Positions 14,100-27,592 of a stretch of 64,000 nt of DNA are shown one piece after another. Location of the stretch: the NCBI RefSeq assembly GCF_006345805.1, contig NC_042999.1, positions 136,896,001-136,960,000 on the forward strand, written 5' to 3'. Every line of letters begins with the position of its first letter. Position 1 is the stretch's first letter. The notes under the pieces are model-generated. The model was not told where the DNA came from. It ran no database searches and was given only the letters and a program-made list of their open reading frames with translations. Position numbers and translations under genes: made by a program. The DNA comes from Octopus sinensis. Its lineage: Eukaryota.

Positions 14100-15775
14100 G
14101 TTGCTGTTGTCTGGCCTCAGCTTACCAGTGACTCAGCCTATGATAAATGGTATTCCAGCCATGAAGCCTCTCTTTCACATTCTGTATATCATGGATTACA
14201 TTGTCCAGTACATGGTTTTTTTTTAAGGCAGTGGGGTAAGTTATTTGAGGGAGAATTGGGTAATGTTTGTAATAACTTAAGTAACTGATTAGAAGCTCTG
14301 TCAATGGTTACTTCATAGAGGTCCCCTTAGTTGTTGTTAAATTCTATACTAGCTCTGATTGAGCAAACCTACAAAAGAAGTTCTAGTCATGATCTTACTG
14401 CATCTGAGGGACTTTTTTGTCTGATCTACTCTTCCCTTTTTTAAGATTGTTGAGTGTTTAGTTTGAAAACAATTTGACTGCTATTTCTGGTACTTTGAGC
14501 CTCTGCTCAGTAGCTGGCTTCTGTCTCTGCCTTTATCCAATGTTTCACATTGCTTTATGTGTATCCAAGGATCTAACACCATTCAAAGTATCGATAAATT
14601 AAATAAATTTCCTGGTGGAATTTAAAAATAATATTGATTAGTTTCAAGTTACATGTGTGTAAACTGTTTCTATCTTCGCTTAGATGAGTTTTTTTTGTTA
14701 TTGTTTTTAGTCCTAGATCAGGTATGATGGAGTAAGCTTATGAACAAAGACAGTCCAGCTGAGACCATCTCATCCTTTTGTATATTGAGAACTACATAGT
14801 CCAATATATTTTCTTTAAGAAAAATTAGCTGCTATTTCTAGCAAGGTGTATGATCACATAATGGTACCTTCATTGACTTTTAGGTGTTTGAGGCTGTTGT
14901 TGGTTATCTCTTAGTCAACCCTGATCAAGCAGACCTATATTCAAAGGCATTCTTGCCATGATCATCCCATCTTTTCGAATAGTTTATTTCAAACTAGAAT
15001 GCATTCTTTGTTTTGTTTTTTTTTATTATTATTTTTTTTATATAGTCAGTAAGGTGTTGTTTGAAGGACATTTGATTGCTTTCTTTTAGTATGTTGAATG
15101 AGTGCATTTGTTATTGTAAATATTTCAGGAAGACAGTATTTTTGTTTTAATGTACCCAATATAGAAACATGAGTACTTTCAATTAATCATATGTTGATGT
15201 AATACTTCACATATTTACTAACATGAATATGTAAAGAAAGTAGAAAATATGAAGCCATCATGTTTTCACATTTACCAAGAGTATTGACTACAGCTGGAAA
15301 TTGAATCACATGTTTGGTACGCTGTGAACTTACTGTTATTGTGTAGTGTCTTCTTTTCACTTTCTTTAATTATAAAGGAGTGACCATATAGAGGAAACCT
15401 CTATATAGTTGCTTAACCTGCTGGCAATAGCAATCAAAACTCTCTCAAATCATACCCATGTCTTAAAAATGAGCAGGGCTTATTTGATAATGTATGCCTA
15501 ACCAAAAGACATGATACTTACTCACTCACTACTAGAATATTTTTGATCATGAGTCTGCTCTATTAGGGCTAATCTTGAATTAAACAATAACTATAAGGAA
15601 AATGAGGTAAAAGAGTCCCTATGTGGCCATTCAACCTGCTAGAAATAGCTGCAGTCATTTTCACATTGCACTATACTGTTTTAAAAAGGAAAGGATATGT
15701 AGTTCTAGATGATAGCAGCAGTAATATTTGGTCAAAGAGGTCTGCTCGATTAGGGTTACAGTTCTTATTTGAAGT
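14100..15775. repeat. Cluster of about 6 copies of a ~200-bp SINE-like repeat (family D, ends in (AAC)n): minus copies 14330-15100, plus copies 15410-15775
   Basis: Recurrent motifs acctgctagaaatagc and ggtctgctcgatcagggct...aaacaacaac in both orientations. Confidence 0.7.
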
Positions 15776-16500
15776 TACTACACTTCCCTTAATCTTGTAT
15801 CCAGTTCTTATTCATTGTTATTATCTCCTATATCCTGATCCAGTTTTTACTCAAAGTTTTAAATATTTTATCTGTAACGTAGTTTGCTGAGATCACATTT
15901 CACTTGTACATTCAAGTTTTTGCATGTTTGCTATGGTTGGGTATCACTCTATAAAGTGCACTGAGAGCATTTTATCATGCTACTGCCACTAAAAGGGTTA
16001 AGAGTTATCATTTGTCCCATGCAACAAGAGGTAAAGTATCTCCCTCTGTCTTCTGTCAGTTCCTCGTAGGCAGGTAACCTGCAATGCAACTTATGGAGTC
16101 CATATTTTGATCATACATTCCTCAACTATCAGACATGGGTCAAGGTAGTAATCAGATGTGGCTTGGCAAAAAAAAACCAGTCTATATTAAGTGAATAGGG
16201 AGGAAGGAGTTGCCAAGGTATACCACAGTTTCAAGAAGTTATGTTTCGTAGAAAGATAGGTGGAGGGGTGCATCAGCTTAAAGTGTAAAAATGTTTATAT
16301 GAGAGAGAGGGAAAGAAAGAAACACACCAAAGGTGGCAAAAGAAGGAAGGATGGATGGTAGGTAGGTAGGTGGGTAGTAATTTGCCACAGAGACATAGAT
16401 GTGGGGGACATTACAAGGATGGATAGCAGTTTGTGTGAGAATGAAGAAAATGGGGAGAGAGAAATGAAAAGACAGCAAAATGTGATAATAGTATAACATA

Positions 16501-16865
16501 GGCACAGGGGTTGCTGTGTGGTAATAAGTTACCACGCAGCTTAGGCAAGTGTCTTCAACCATAGGCTCGGACTGACTGATGACTTGTGAATGGATTTGAT
16601 TGACAAAAACTGAAAGAAGCCTGTTGTGTGTGTGCATGCATGTATGTCTTTACGTGTGTGTTCGTCCCCACCACTGCTTGACAACCAGTGTTGGTGTGCT
16701 TATGTCCCTGTAACTTAGAAGTTCAGCAAATGTCACTGATAGAATAAGTACCAGACTTTACAAAAAGTAGGTACCGGGGTTGATTTTTTCAACTAATATT
16801 CTTCAAGGCAGAGCCCCAGCATGGCCACAGTTTAATGACTGAAACAAATAACACATAAAAGATAA
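16501..16865 (+). mobile_element. tRNA-derived SINE family 1 with an internal head deletion
   Basis: gctgtgtggtaa head, ggcaagtgtcttc, aactgaaagaagcc, tail gccccagcatggccacag...gactgaaacaaataa; colinear with 38531-38950. Confidence 0.85.
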
Positions 16866-17351
16866 CATACAAAGTATATGATAACATGAATGGTGCAGTC
16901 CTCATGATACAGGAGAAACTCTTGCTAGGGCCAATCAAGGAACCCTGCAGATCCAAGATTACCCTGACCACCAAAGGTACAAACCCTCTCCCAACTGTTG
17001 CTTTCCAGTCTACAGGTGCATGCTTAGAGTAGAGCCATTCACTCTAACAATTTTTGCTGTGGTCACGCATCTTTTCCCAAATTCCCTGGGAGGGAGCACT
17101 TCCATCTCCACCCTCATTTTGCCTTTCCAAATAGAACTTTAAAATTGTCAACAAGGGCTTCACCAAAGAAGGTATCTTTCCTCAATCCATTCAGCCATGT
17201 CCAACATCTACCAAAGAACCTCTTTTACCTTAGCCACTACACAGAGGAACACTGCCTCCCCATCCTTATTAAAGGTGCATGGTGGGTTGATTCTCACAAT
17301 GGATTTGGCTGAAAATCGGATTCATGCTATGATCTAATGATGATGATGTTG

Positions 17352-17640
17352 ATAATCCTTTCTACTGGAAGAACAAGGCCTCAAATTTGGGGGAAGGGAT
17401 TCATTTGAGTACATCAACCCCAGTGCATAACCAATACTCAATTAATCAACCCCGAAAGGATGAAAAGCAAAGTCGAATTCAGCATATGAAGATAGACAAA
17501 TATTATAATAATGATGATAATAATAATAATGATGATGCTTTCTACTATAGGCATAAGGCCAGCAAATTTAGAAGAGGGGGCAAGTTGGTTACATTGACCC
17601 AAGTGCTCAACTGGTACTTATTTTTGTGCCAAAATTTGAG
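17352..17640 (-). mobile_element. Two adjacent SINE family 2 fragments
   Basis: aaccccgaaaggatgaaaagcaaagtcg core and two ctttctact...aaggcc tails. Confidence 0.65.
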
Positions 17641-17829
17641 ATCAGTATTTGTTATTTAAACTTAGCAACCTTATGTGTGTGTTCATGTTGATGCACAGCA
17701 ACCATTAACACTTACAATATTACTAACATTATGTGTTATAGTGAGGTATGTATGTGTGTATATATATATATATATCAAATCAAAACAAATCAAAATAGAT
17801 GAACATCAATGGAATTTGTATCTTTGTGG

Positions 17830-18225
17830 TACCAGTGCCGGTGGCACGTGGCACACAAGAAAACCATCCGAACGTGCCCGTAGCCAGTACCGCATTGACT
17901 GGCCTCCGTGCTGTGGGCACGTAACAAACACCATCCGATCGTGGCCGTTTGCCAGCCTCATCTGGCACCTGTGTCGGTGGCACATAAAAACACATCCGAG
18001 CGTGGCCGTCTGCCAGCCTCGTCTGGCACCTGTGTCGGTGGCACATAAAATCACCCACTACACTCTCGGAGTGGTTGGCGTTAGGAAGGGCATCCAGCTG
18101 TAGAAACACTGCCAGATCTGACTGGACTGGTGCAGCTTTCGGGCTCCCCAGACCCCAGTTGAACCGTCCAACCCATGCTAGCATGGAAAGCGGACGTTAA
18201 ATGATGATGATGATGATGATGATAT
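17830..18225 (+). mobile_element. RTE 3'-UTR-derived element with internal ~61-66 bp tandem repeats and (GAT)n tail
   Basis: cacccactacactctcggagtggttggcgttaggaagggcatccagctgtagaaac...catgctagcatggaaagcggacgttaaatgatgatga; homologous to the 3' end of the RTE at 24676-27163. Confidence 0.85.
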
Positions 18226-18990
18226 ATTATTTGCTACCTAAAGTTTTGCAATCAGATGATCCTCAATTGTACTTCATAAGACAATAGAAATTGTGAGTGA
18301 GGCCAAATAGATACTGTAGTAGTTGTGTTGTGTTGGTGGGAGTGCAAAGGTTGTAGTATCAATGTTAGAAACAGAGGGAGGATACAACAATGTTATATTA
18401 GTATTTGTAGTGTTGAGTAAAATTTTGCCAGTTAACTGATTAACCTGAGGTGGAGGTGGGGCTATTGTATTTGTGCATGTAGCAGTTCCAAATCTACTCA
18501 GTCACCTAGACTTACTCAATTACAACAAGAAATATAAGTTTTTGTTTCTCTTTTATTTTTCCTTATTACTTCAAATGGTAATTAGCAAACTAATTACTTT
18601 TGTTTCATCTCTTCTACATCTACTACTTCTGGAATTATGTGTCTGTGTGTTTAGGTATATATTTCTTTTTGTATATATTATAAATTATTATAGCTGTTAT
18701 TTGCAATTGAGCCATGTTTTAAAATTTAAGGTACACATGTACTCATTAGCAAATAAAGATTCCTTCTCAACCTTCCCATCCTTTATCCTGCTGAACATTT
18801 AGGCTGTAACAGCTAGGGGGAGAAAGTGTTGAGCCAGTGCTGGGCTAGTGTGTGTGTGTCTGCACATGTGTGTCTGCATATATACGAATACACATCTGTG
18901 TCTATATATATGTATATATGCAGATAACAACTACAACAGTAAAGGGATATAAAGAGAATTTTTGAAAAGTCTTCATGTTTTCAGTTTTAG

Positions 18991-19090
18991 CTATAGTAGA
19001 AGACACTTGCTCAAGGTGCCATGCAGTGGGACTGAACCCAGAACCATGTGGTTCATATGCAAGCTACTTACCACACACCCACTCCTACAC
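18991..19090 (-). mobile_element. SINE family 1 head fragment
   Basis: gacacttgctcaaggtgccatgcagtgggactgaacccagaaccatgtgg...cttaccacac. Confidence 0.85.
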
Positions 19091-20269
19091 CCATAGTCAA
19101 TGTTTATGTGAATTTATACAATAGGCAAGAAGTTAGTTTTTGAAGCAGTTGTCCAAAAATTTTCTCTTTCCCAAGTTGACTTTGGCAAGTAAAATTCTGT
19201 AATATCAAGGAGCACAAAAACAAAAGTTATATTAAGGTTTAATCTCATGACACTGTAAGCTAGACCCTTAAGTTCTTTGTCAATGGGCAAATTTATTTTA
19301 TATAATGCTTTGGGGGAACAATAGCATCATTGGTTATGGGTTTCCAGTGAACAAGTCACCACTTATTGCATTCATTGATGGCTGGTGAAAGTAACAAGGG
19401 ATTGTTTGTGCAACTCATTAGAACAAATATCTCAAAAGAGCTTTGTTCGAAAGTACCAGTTTCATCATCTTTCTTGATATTGTTTAGCATTGTTTATATC
19501 TTTCAGTAATATACATTGCGAAAAGATAGAAACATATATGTATACACACACACACACACACATATACATAAATACACACATGTAATGTGTGTGTGTGTGT
19601 GCATGTGTGCATCTATATATATAGAGAGAGAGAGCTATCTATATATACACATGCACTCACACACAAATATATACATGCATATACATGAATACATACGTGA
19701 GATTGATATACACTCACACACACACACACACACACACACATACAGTTTGCTTCTGCATTTTCTCCATCTATCAAATTTCACTCACATGGCATCTATGATG
19801 ATGTACATTGGAATCAAACCTGGAACAATGTGGTTGCTAAGTGCCAAACATCTTGCATGTGCCATTGTATGCAACAATTGAATAGTCATGGGCAAGTGGT
19901 GTGTTATGAGTGCATATTTGGCTTCTAGGTTGGTGGTGGTTTGGGTGGAAGATGTTTAGCAGTTTTTAAGAGATAGATGGCTGGTAGTGGGCTTTTGGGG
20001 GCATGGTAGTTGATAGTTTGGGTGTGGTTGGATTGCAAAGTTATTACGGGTTGGTGGATCATGGTTGGCATTTGGTGGTTAGACTGTAAACAAATCAAGG
20101 AAGGGGAATAAAGTATTGAATACTAGAACAGACTTCAGTAAATGATCAGAAAGCAAGAAAAGAAATTATTAAAGATAAGTGAAAACGAAGAATGGTTGTC
20201 ATGCAGTGGTTCAAACTTGTCTATAAATAACATTCTTTGATTCTACCTTAACATATCGGCTTTTGTTTT

Positions 20270-20460
20270 TGTTGTTTGTTTTTATTATTTAGACCCAGAT
20301 TAGCTCTGATCAAATAAACCTATGATCAAAGATATTCCAGCTGTGATCATCCAGTCTTATTTTCAGATAAAATGTTTTTACGAAATCATTATCCAAATGT
20401 TCTTCCTTTTTTATGATGAATGAGTGTCTGTGAACTGTGGCTGCTAGTTCTTGCAAGTTT
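20270..20460 (-). repeat. Family D repeat copy (others at about 28310-28500 +, 37490-37790 -, 40960-41110 +, 49480-49740 -, 53815-54000 -)
   Basis: gacccagattagctctgatcaaataaacctatgatcaaagatattccagctgtgatcatcc. Confidence 0.65.
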
Positions 20461-20757
20461 AATTATTGCATTGAGATGCATTTGTTGTCTCTTCAGTTTC
20501 TGTTGATGGTTATAGTTTTGTGATTGTAATATTCATTTCAGATGTATGAATTATAAAATTCAGTGAAGAGAGGGAGTTGTCGGTTGACTCATTCATGTTT
20601 TGCTCCATGAACAGTAACATTATTTTTGAAATGACGTGCTATTAACTAGGATTAGAAACCAAATGATCAACTATGCTAGCTAGGATCAAAGGACTACTCA
20701 GTGATCAACCTTGTGATGTACTACTGTCGAAGAATCAGTTTTGAACAGTGAAATTCA

Positions 20758-20890
20758 TCACCATTCAATGTCCATTTACCATGCTGGCATGCATAGGGCA
20801 GTTTGACAGGAGCTGGTTACTCAGAGGACTGTGCCAAGCTCCACTATCTGCTTTGGCATGCTTCTACAGCTAGGTGCCCTTTTCAACAAC
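20758..20890 (-). mobile_element. RTE 3' tail fragment
   Basis: tgtccatttaccatgctggcatg...ttctacagctaggtgcccttttcaac is the reverse complement of the RTE tail. Confidence 0.7.
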
Positions 20891-23026
20891 AGGGAGACAG
20901 AGGTAATCATAATAACTTTGGAGATAGAATATCTCATATTCTCTCTAAAAAAATTATTTACATGGATATTGTTCTTTGGAAAGAAAAATATTTGCAAAAT
21001 TATGTTAAGAAAGAAATTTGCTCCTAAAGTAATACAAAGACAGATAGCTGTTCCACTTTAATGCAGTTGAGAACTGTGAGCTATTTCATTGTTTATATCA
21101 TCTCTTTTGCTTTTCTAAGAGGTTATGGCATTTCCTGTTTACCTATCAACATCAGCAGATGGTATTGCAAATTTCCTAGGCATTAAATAGTCAAGAGTTA
21201 GATTTTTCCTTGGTTAGAACTAGCAAACTAATGCAGGTTTCTCTGTGGGAAGATTGAAGACCAACACTAATCTAATGAAACCACATGGGTTGGCCGTTGT
21301 CTTTGATGGCTATGAACTGGACCATTTCATTATATTTACTTTACAACTATATAGACTGAACTAGAATTGTTTTGTTTTTTTTTGTTTTTGTGTGTGTATG
21401 TTCAATGAAGACATTGTGTTGTATGGTAAAATATAAGTTAACTGCTCAGCTACAGATCAAGTAACATTAAAAAAACCTCAACAGCCTGCAATCTCTCTCC
21501 CCCTCATAGACTGCTTTGAAATTTTGCAATTAGCCAGTTGTAAAAAACTCTTTAAACCTACCAAATGAATTCATTAAAACATTAATAGTGTGTTAAAATT
21601 AATATTATATGAATAGAAATTTATATCATGTATAAAAAAAGTTAATATAGATTAAAATAGTGTGTCAGAATATTGTTTACTCATCTCAATACCAACCCGC
21701 CCCAAACTTCCCACATTAAAGTGTTCGTAATTTAATTAAAATCTGAACAAAAATCTCATTAATACATCAATGCTAATATGCATGTTTTAATGTAAGAATA
21801 TTTTATTAAGTTTTATTCCAAGCACCAGCTTAAAGATACCAATAAACAAACAAGAAGTTTGAGCTGCAATTATTTGACAAACTCCCTTCTAACTCTTGGT
21901 TATTTTGAAAATTAATTGAAACACCTAGGCACCATATTCTTGTCAGAAAGACGATTGCAAAAGTGTTAAAACACTTGCTATATTTTATATCAGATGCCTA
22001 TTTTTCTGCAGATTTTATCTTTTTCCATCCTAAAATTGTCATTAACAAAATATTGATCTCATTGATTGATAGATAAATAGATAGATAGATGGACAGACTG
22101 GCAGGTAGGCTGACAGATGGATAGGTGAACTGTCAATGATATGATACAAAAGTATATGTACAAACTGACAGATTATCAAAATGGTAATGTTATTCTAGAA
22201 TATTCCTTTTTAAAAACAAAAATAAGAAATTTCATTGAATCAGGAGAATAACTTTGAAAATCGTAAAATATGTATTAAAAAAATTAGTGTTTTTGAAAAA
22301 AATTTTTGCTTCCAAAATAAAAATTAATACTTTCAATATTTTGCCCCGTTGTAACATGTTGACCAAATGCATGTGACAAATAAAATATCTTTTACTTTGC
22401 TCCATGTTTGTGGAGTAATTCAGCTGTAAATAATTTTTTTTATTTATCTGTTAATAATTAATTAATGAAACACACATTGCTAATTGTCTTGGGTTTGATG
22501 AATTTATTAATCACAAAATCTGCTTGATACGTCTCAACAGATAGAAATTCTAAATGATTTTAGTTTCTTTCTGCATACTGGTCTCTCACACTTTCTCTTT
22601 CACACTCTCTCTCTATCTGTCTATCTATCTAGATATATATATATATATATATATATAAAGGATAGATTCTAGTTTCTATTAGACTTGATAAACTAGTCTA
22701 TAAATTAAAACTACCCCCCCCCCACTAGTAAATCTGAATAACATATATAATCAATGATAAGCAGTGTGTTCCTTTGAAAAATCTCAGTTACAACTGTGAT
22801 GTTGATAAAACATGTTCTTTGTCTATCTACTTATTCTCTTTGTGATTTTGAATAAAAAGAAAACTATACAAACTAATCCTTTGAATTTAACTAAATTCTA
22901 TATTTTTATGCAGCTGAAGATTCCTCTACATTTTAAATTGATGTAATGTTTGCATTGTTCAATTAAATAGAGTCGCATGAAACAATCATACTGCATTACC
23001 TCTGGATATCCTTCTTGCTTTTTTTG

Positions 23027-23074
<48 letters not shown>

Positions 23075-23083
23075 TACACACAC

Positions 23084-23113
<30 letters not shown>

Positions 23114-23114
<1 letters not shown>

Positions 23115-24489
23115 GATCAAAACAATTTGATCCAAATTTGTTGGTACTCTTGAGTTTCAAGTGTGATGCTAATCGTCAGCTCGGCAACCCCAACTGCCAG
23201 CTCTGCCTCCACGAAAAACTGCATATCCTCTAACAACCCACAGTATCCATCAACAAAAAATATGATTTATTGTTTTGCTGTTACCAGAGATATGCCCTTG
23301 TGGCAAATTTCAGGCCTCTGACTGGCAACAACCTGGATATGCCACTTTAGCACCAGCTGTTACTCTGCACCGCCTGCACCAAGGTCACTGCTACCAACCA
23401 ACCCCATGAGCAGGACTGCCATTTACCAATCCCTAACATTTAGCAATCCCCAATGCATGCCAATCTCCAACACTTACCAATTCCCAATGCTTGTTTTGCA
23501 TGTGTACACTCATATGCATATGAATGTGCATGCATGTGTGTTTGTGTGCATGCATGTGTGTGTGTGTGTGTGTCCATGTGCAGATGCGCATGCATCAATA
23601 TACACTTGCACGCAAAACTATATGAGCATGTCTGCACACCCACACCCAGAACACCTACTTCCTCTCATCACTCCTATCACTCCCTCCCTTCATCGTCACC
23701 CACTCCCTCATTACCAACCCCACCATCCCTTAGACCCCCACCCTTGCTTCCCCGACTCACGCCTCCCCATACCACACCACCCCATGCACACTAGCACTGA
23801 CAACTTCCCAGCACCTACATCATCATCCATGCACCTACACATGCGCACACGTCAAGGTCACCAGCCCTCTTCCACATGCACATACACGCTGTCACATACA
23901 CACGCATGCACACCTTCGTTTTGGGATCACCACTACTTTATTATCTCCCCTCCTTCCTTGCTCTCCTGTGTAACCCCTCTGTTCGGCATTTGCCATGATA
24001 GATCACTAGCCACTAAACCTTTTTCTATTTTCTCTTCCTGTTTATTTCTGTGTTCCTTTCTGTTGAAGAGCATAGGCTTGGAACATAAAAGTCTTTCTCA
24101 CTTCTCGAGTGTTAAACTAAAACATCTATTTGTTGTTTACACACCTGTCTTCGTCTTTTGTTTTTTTATAAATTCTCACTATAGAACTATATACCTGCAC
24201 ATGCTGCCCCTTCCTACTTCCTTCCAACAACTTGACTGACTTCTAATTGCCATGTGGTCTATTTCCTGGCCTCCACGTGGTCAATATCCTGTTTGCCATG
24301 CGGTATCTTCCAACTAACTGTTACCTATATACCAACAACAAACCATGACACCACATGACCTTCCTCAACCAATTGCAGCCCACCTTACAGTAATAGCAAT
24401 CAACTTAAGTCATTCGAATTCAAATGGCTGACAACATCACACTTGAACCTCAAGAGTACCAATGAATTTGAATCAAACTGTTTTGGTCC
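23114..24489 (+). mobile_element. 5'-truncated Penelope-like element (PLE) remnant with inverted terminal duplication
   Basis: CQLCLHEKLHIL*QPTVSINKKYDLLFCCYQRYALVANF (about 23195-23310) matches the CxLCxxEK...LNKRSE...CRH C-terminus of PLE GIY-YIG ORFs; hammerhead-like motif at 24056-24091; 23114-23180 is an inverted copy of 24427-24489. Confidence 0.65.
24056..24091 (+). ncRNA. Decayed minimal hammerhead ribozyme motif (PLE pLTR type)
   Basis: cttt-CTGTTGA-a-gagc-atag-gctt-GGAA-cata-aaag: stem I cttt/aaag and stem II gagc/gctt, but several core substitutions. Confidence 0.4.
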
Positions 24490-24553
24490 CAATAAATTGC
24501 TTAAGAGCCCTTCTTTTGTTTGTCCACTCACTTGTAGATATATATACACACAC

Positions 24554-24625
<72 letters not shown>

Positions 24626-24675
24626 ACATGTATGTGTGATTACCACTGGGATAGATAGTTTTAATCAAATTATAT

Positions 24676-27163
24676 AGGAATGTGTCACATCCAGTGACTG
24701 ATGCAGAAGTATCATCTTAAATTGCTGCTACAAAGAGAAAGATGCCTTAAAGAGAACTAACTATAGCAGAATCAAACTACTGGATCAAGTTATGAAGATC
24801 TCTGAGAGAGTCCTAGATGGATGCAGTTTGTGTGCATGTCCAGACAAGGTACTGCAGATGCAGGCTTCCTTTTGAGGCAACTTCAGGAGAAATACTTGGC
24901 CAAGAGTAAACCACAGTGCTTGACATTCATTGTCTTTGAGAAGGTATTTGACAGGTTGCCTTGTTTAGTAATTTGGTGGTCACTAAGGAAATTAGGTATA
25001 GATAGATTGGCTTGTGAGAGTGCACAAGTTATGTACAAATATGCAGTAAAGTGATAGTCAACAGCAATTTCTGTGACAAATTTGACATGAGGGTAGGATT
25101 TCATCAAGGTTCATCCTATTCACCATGGTCCTACATGTCATCAAAGAGGACTTTAAGACTGGCTATCCATAGAAATACTATATGATGATCTAGTTCTCAT
25201 AATTAAATCTTGAGGGGAATTAAAGAGGAAATTGCAGGCATGGAAACTAAATCTAAAATTTGAGAGGCCTCATGGTAAACTTAGCAAAGTCTAAAGTTTT
25301 AAGTAGGAAATAATATAGAACCCTGGTAACTTTAGAGAAGTGGCCTTGCTTGACAAACAGAAAAAGAATATATATAAACTCCATACAATGTATCCAATGT
25401 AAGCTATGGACACACAAGAGATGTAGTGGAATCACTGGTAGACTAACAAAGAAAGTAAGCTTCATATGTGACGGATGTACTTGAGCAGTAAGTTCTCTAA
25501 GCATATAAAAAATAAATTCTCTTAAATGCCTGAATGACTCACTAGAAGTAGTCAATAACTCATGTTGCCTTAGAGACATTAGCATCAGAGGTCAGATGTG
25601 GCTACCCCAATGAGTTGGAAAAGTTCAAGTAAAATCAGGTTGGAAAAACTTCTACTGCTACTAACTACAAAGGTCTTTTTCCTTCAGAGTGAAGGGCAAA
25701 TTTTATGATGCTTGTTTTAGAACTGCAATGCTGCATGGTTGTGAGTCATGAGCTTTGAATATAGAGAATTTGAGAAGACTGCAAAAAAAAATAATAAAGC
25801 TACCATGCCCTGTTATAAATGACAAAGTACAAATGCATTGAGAGAAAAACTAGGCATAAGTGGCATCATGTGTAGTTTGCAAAATAGGAAACTACTGATA
25901 TTGTCATTTGATGTATATGGATAAGGACTGGTGTGTATAAAGAAGTGTTGCTCACTTAATGTGGATGGCTCTTGTAAAGGCGGGAAACCCAGGAAGACAT
26001 GGGATGAAGTTGTGATGGCTAATCTCAAGACATTGAAACTAACATAGATGACAAAGGAGCAGAATGACTGGCAATAAGCAGTCCTTGAGAACATCCTCCC
26101 ACCTCAGTGAAACCGAGTCTGGAAGCATAATGTGTGTGCGCGTGCACATGCATGCATATGCGCATACATGGACAGTTGCATTTCCACCCAAATTCTCTCC
26201 TCCAGATATTCTCACTACCTGTCATCTCTCTAATTGCACTATTCTGCTGTTGTAATTAAATGTTAACAGAACTGCATACTTCAACTTTTCCCTGATACTA
26301 CTGACCCTTATTACTACTCAGAACCCTTTCACTTGTTATCCATCTTTCATTCTTAATACTGTCTTCTTCACCTACAGTTTACATTGATCCACCTCCTGAC
26401 CCACAAATTCCCTCTCCCCTAGCATATATCTTTCTTTTATTCACTACATCTGCCCCACACTTTTACAACTTACCCAACCACATCATTTCTCTTCACCTCA
26501 CTCCCTTTTCTACACTGTCAGTCATCTCTCTCAAACCTCCACTAACTCATCTACCATTGGTCACCCATTAACTCTATACCTGATTTCTACAGCTGTCACT
26601 TTCTCTTCCCTCTTTTCTACCTCTCTTATCCTCCCACTCAACATTTGTTCATAATATTCATCCTTTCACCCATTCCCTATCTCTTATCAGTTTTCACTCT
26701 CCCATACACTCTTTCAACTACTACCCACGTACTCTTTCTGTTCTACTCACTTCATATCTTGATGGTCCACTATTTTCACCTCTTTCCTGTTTCACTCCAC
26801 CCACTCCTAGCCTCTTCACTATAACATGAGTAGTTGTATAGCTCTCCCACTATCAGAGATCTGTTCTGTTCTGGCCCCTTCCCTCACACTTTAAACCCTT
26901 CGTCCCATAGCAAAAGGCCACTTGCTTCTCTGCTGTAACCCCACTCAGTCAAAAGAGATCTTAGTCTTGTAGGCTACATAGCCACCTCACTGGTGTTGGT
27001 GACACAAAAACAGCACCTTGTACACTTCGTAAAGTGGTTAATGTTAGGAAGACTATCCAGCTGCAGAGACTATACCAAAGCAGACAATTGAGCTTGATAT
27101 AGTCTTTGAACTGTTGGATCCTATCAAATTATCCAACCTATGCTAGTATGGAACATGATGATG
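24676..27163 (+). mobile_element. 5'-truncated RTE-clade LINE, decayed RT, long pyrimidine-rich 3' UTR, (GAT)n end
   Basis: Frames give IKLLDQVMK, LRQLQEKYLAKSKP, FEKVFDR...IWWSLRKLGID and a C-terminal GKPRKTWDEVV; multiple stops and frameshifts; 3' tail at 26950-27163. Confidence 0.9.
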
Positions 27164-27450
27164 TTGACGTGTGTATGTTTCTTCTTCTCTCTCTCTCTCT
27201 ATCTATCTGTCTTTCTCGCACACATATTTTATATTGTATTTTGTGAACAATGGCATTCTTCATTAGTTTCCTATGGAGTAATCACTAGCCTCACTACATT
27301 TTACAGTGGTGAGAGTGACAAGAGATTACTGGAACAACTTTAGCAGAACAAATATCATATAAGAGATGTTTATTCAAAAGCACCATTTTATCAGTTCTAT
27401 CACCAATATACATTGCCAATTCTCACACACACACACACACACACACATTT

Positions 27451-27592
27451 AATGGGTTTCTGCATAATTTCTGTTTGCTAAATTTGGTTGACTCAAGGCT
27501 GTGGTGCAGATTCTTACCTAAGGTGCTATGTAGTGAGATTAAACTCAGAGCCATGTGGTTACTAAGCAAACTTCTTAGCTGCATAGCCATGC
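27451..27592 (-). mobile_element. Decayed SINE family 1 head
   Basis: cttacctaaggtgctatgtagtgagattaaactcagagccatgtggttactaagcaaac. Confidence 0.65.

Noticed and set aside
16890-17340. GC-richer block with an ~85-codon open frame
   Set aside because: No recognisable motif or splice signals; probably an old LINE 3' remnant, but I cannot support a call
17850-18060. Regular repeats with hairpins, CRISPR-like at first sight (also 54800-55075)
   Set aside because: Units are contiguous tandem copies without unique spacers, inside an RTE 3' UTR, with no cas genes, in eukaryotic DNA
23406-24239. Longest ORF (277 aa), and similar ORFs such as 35365..36039, 4144..4503, 17675..18103
   Set aside because: Composed of (CA)/(TG)/(TA)/(TC) microsatellite read-through and repeat UTR sequence; no domain content
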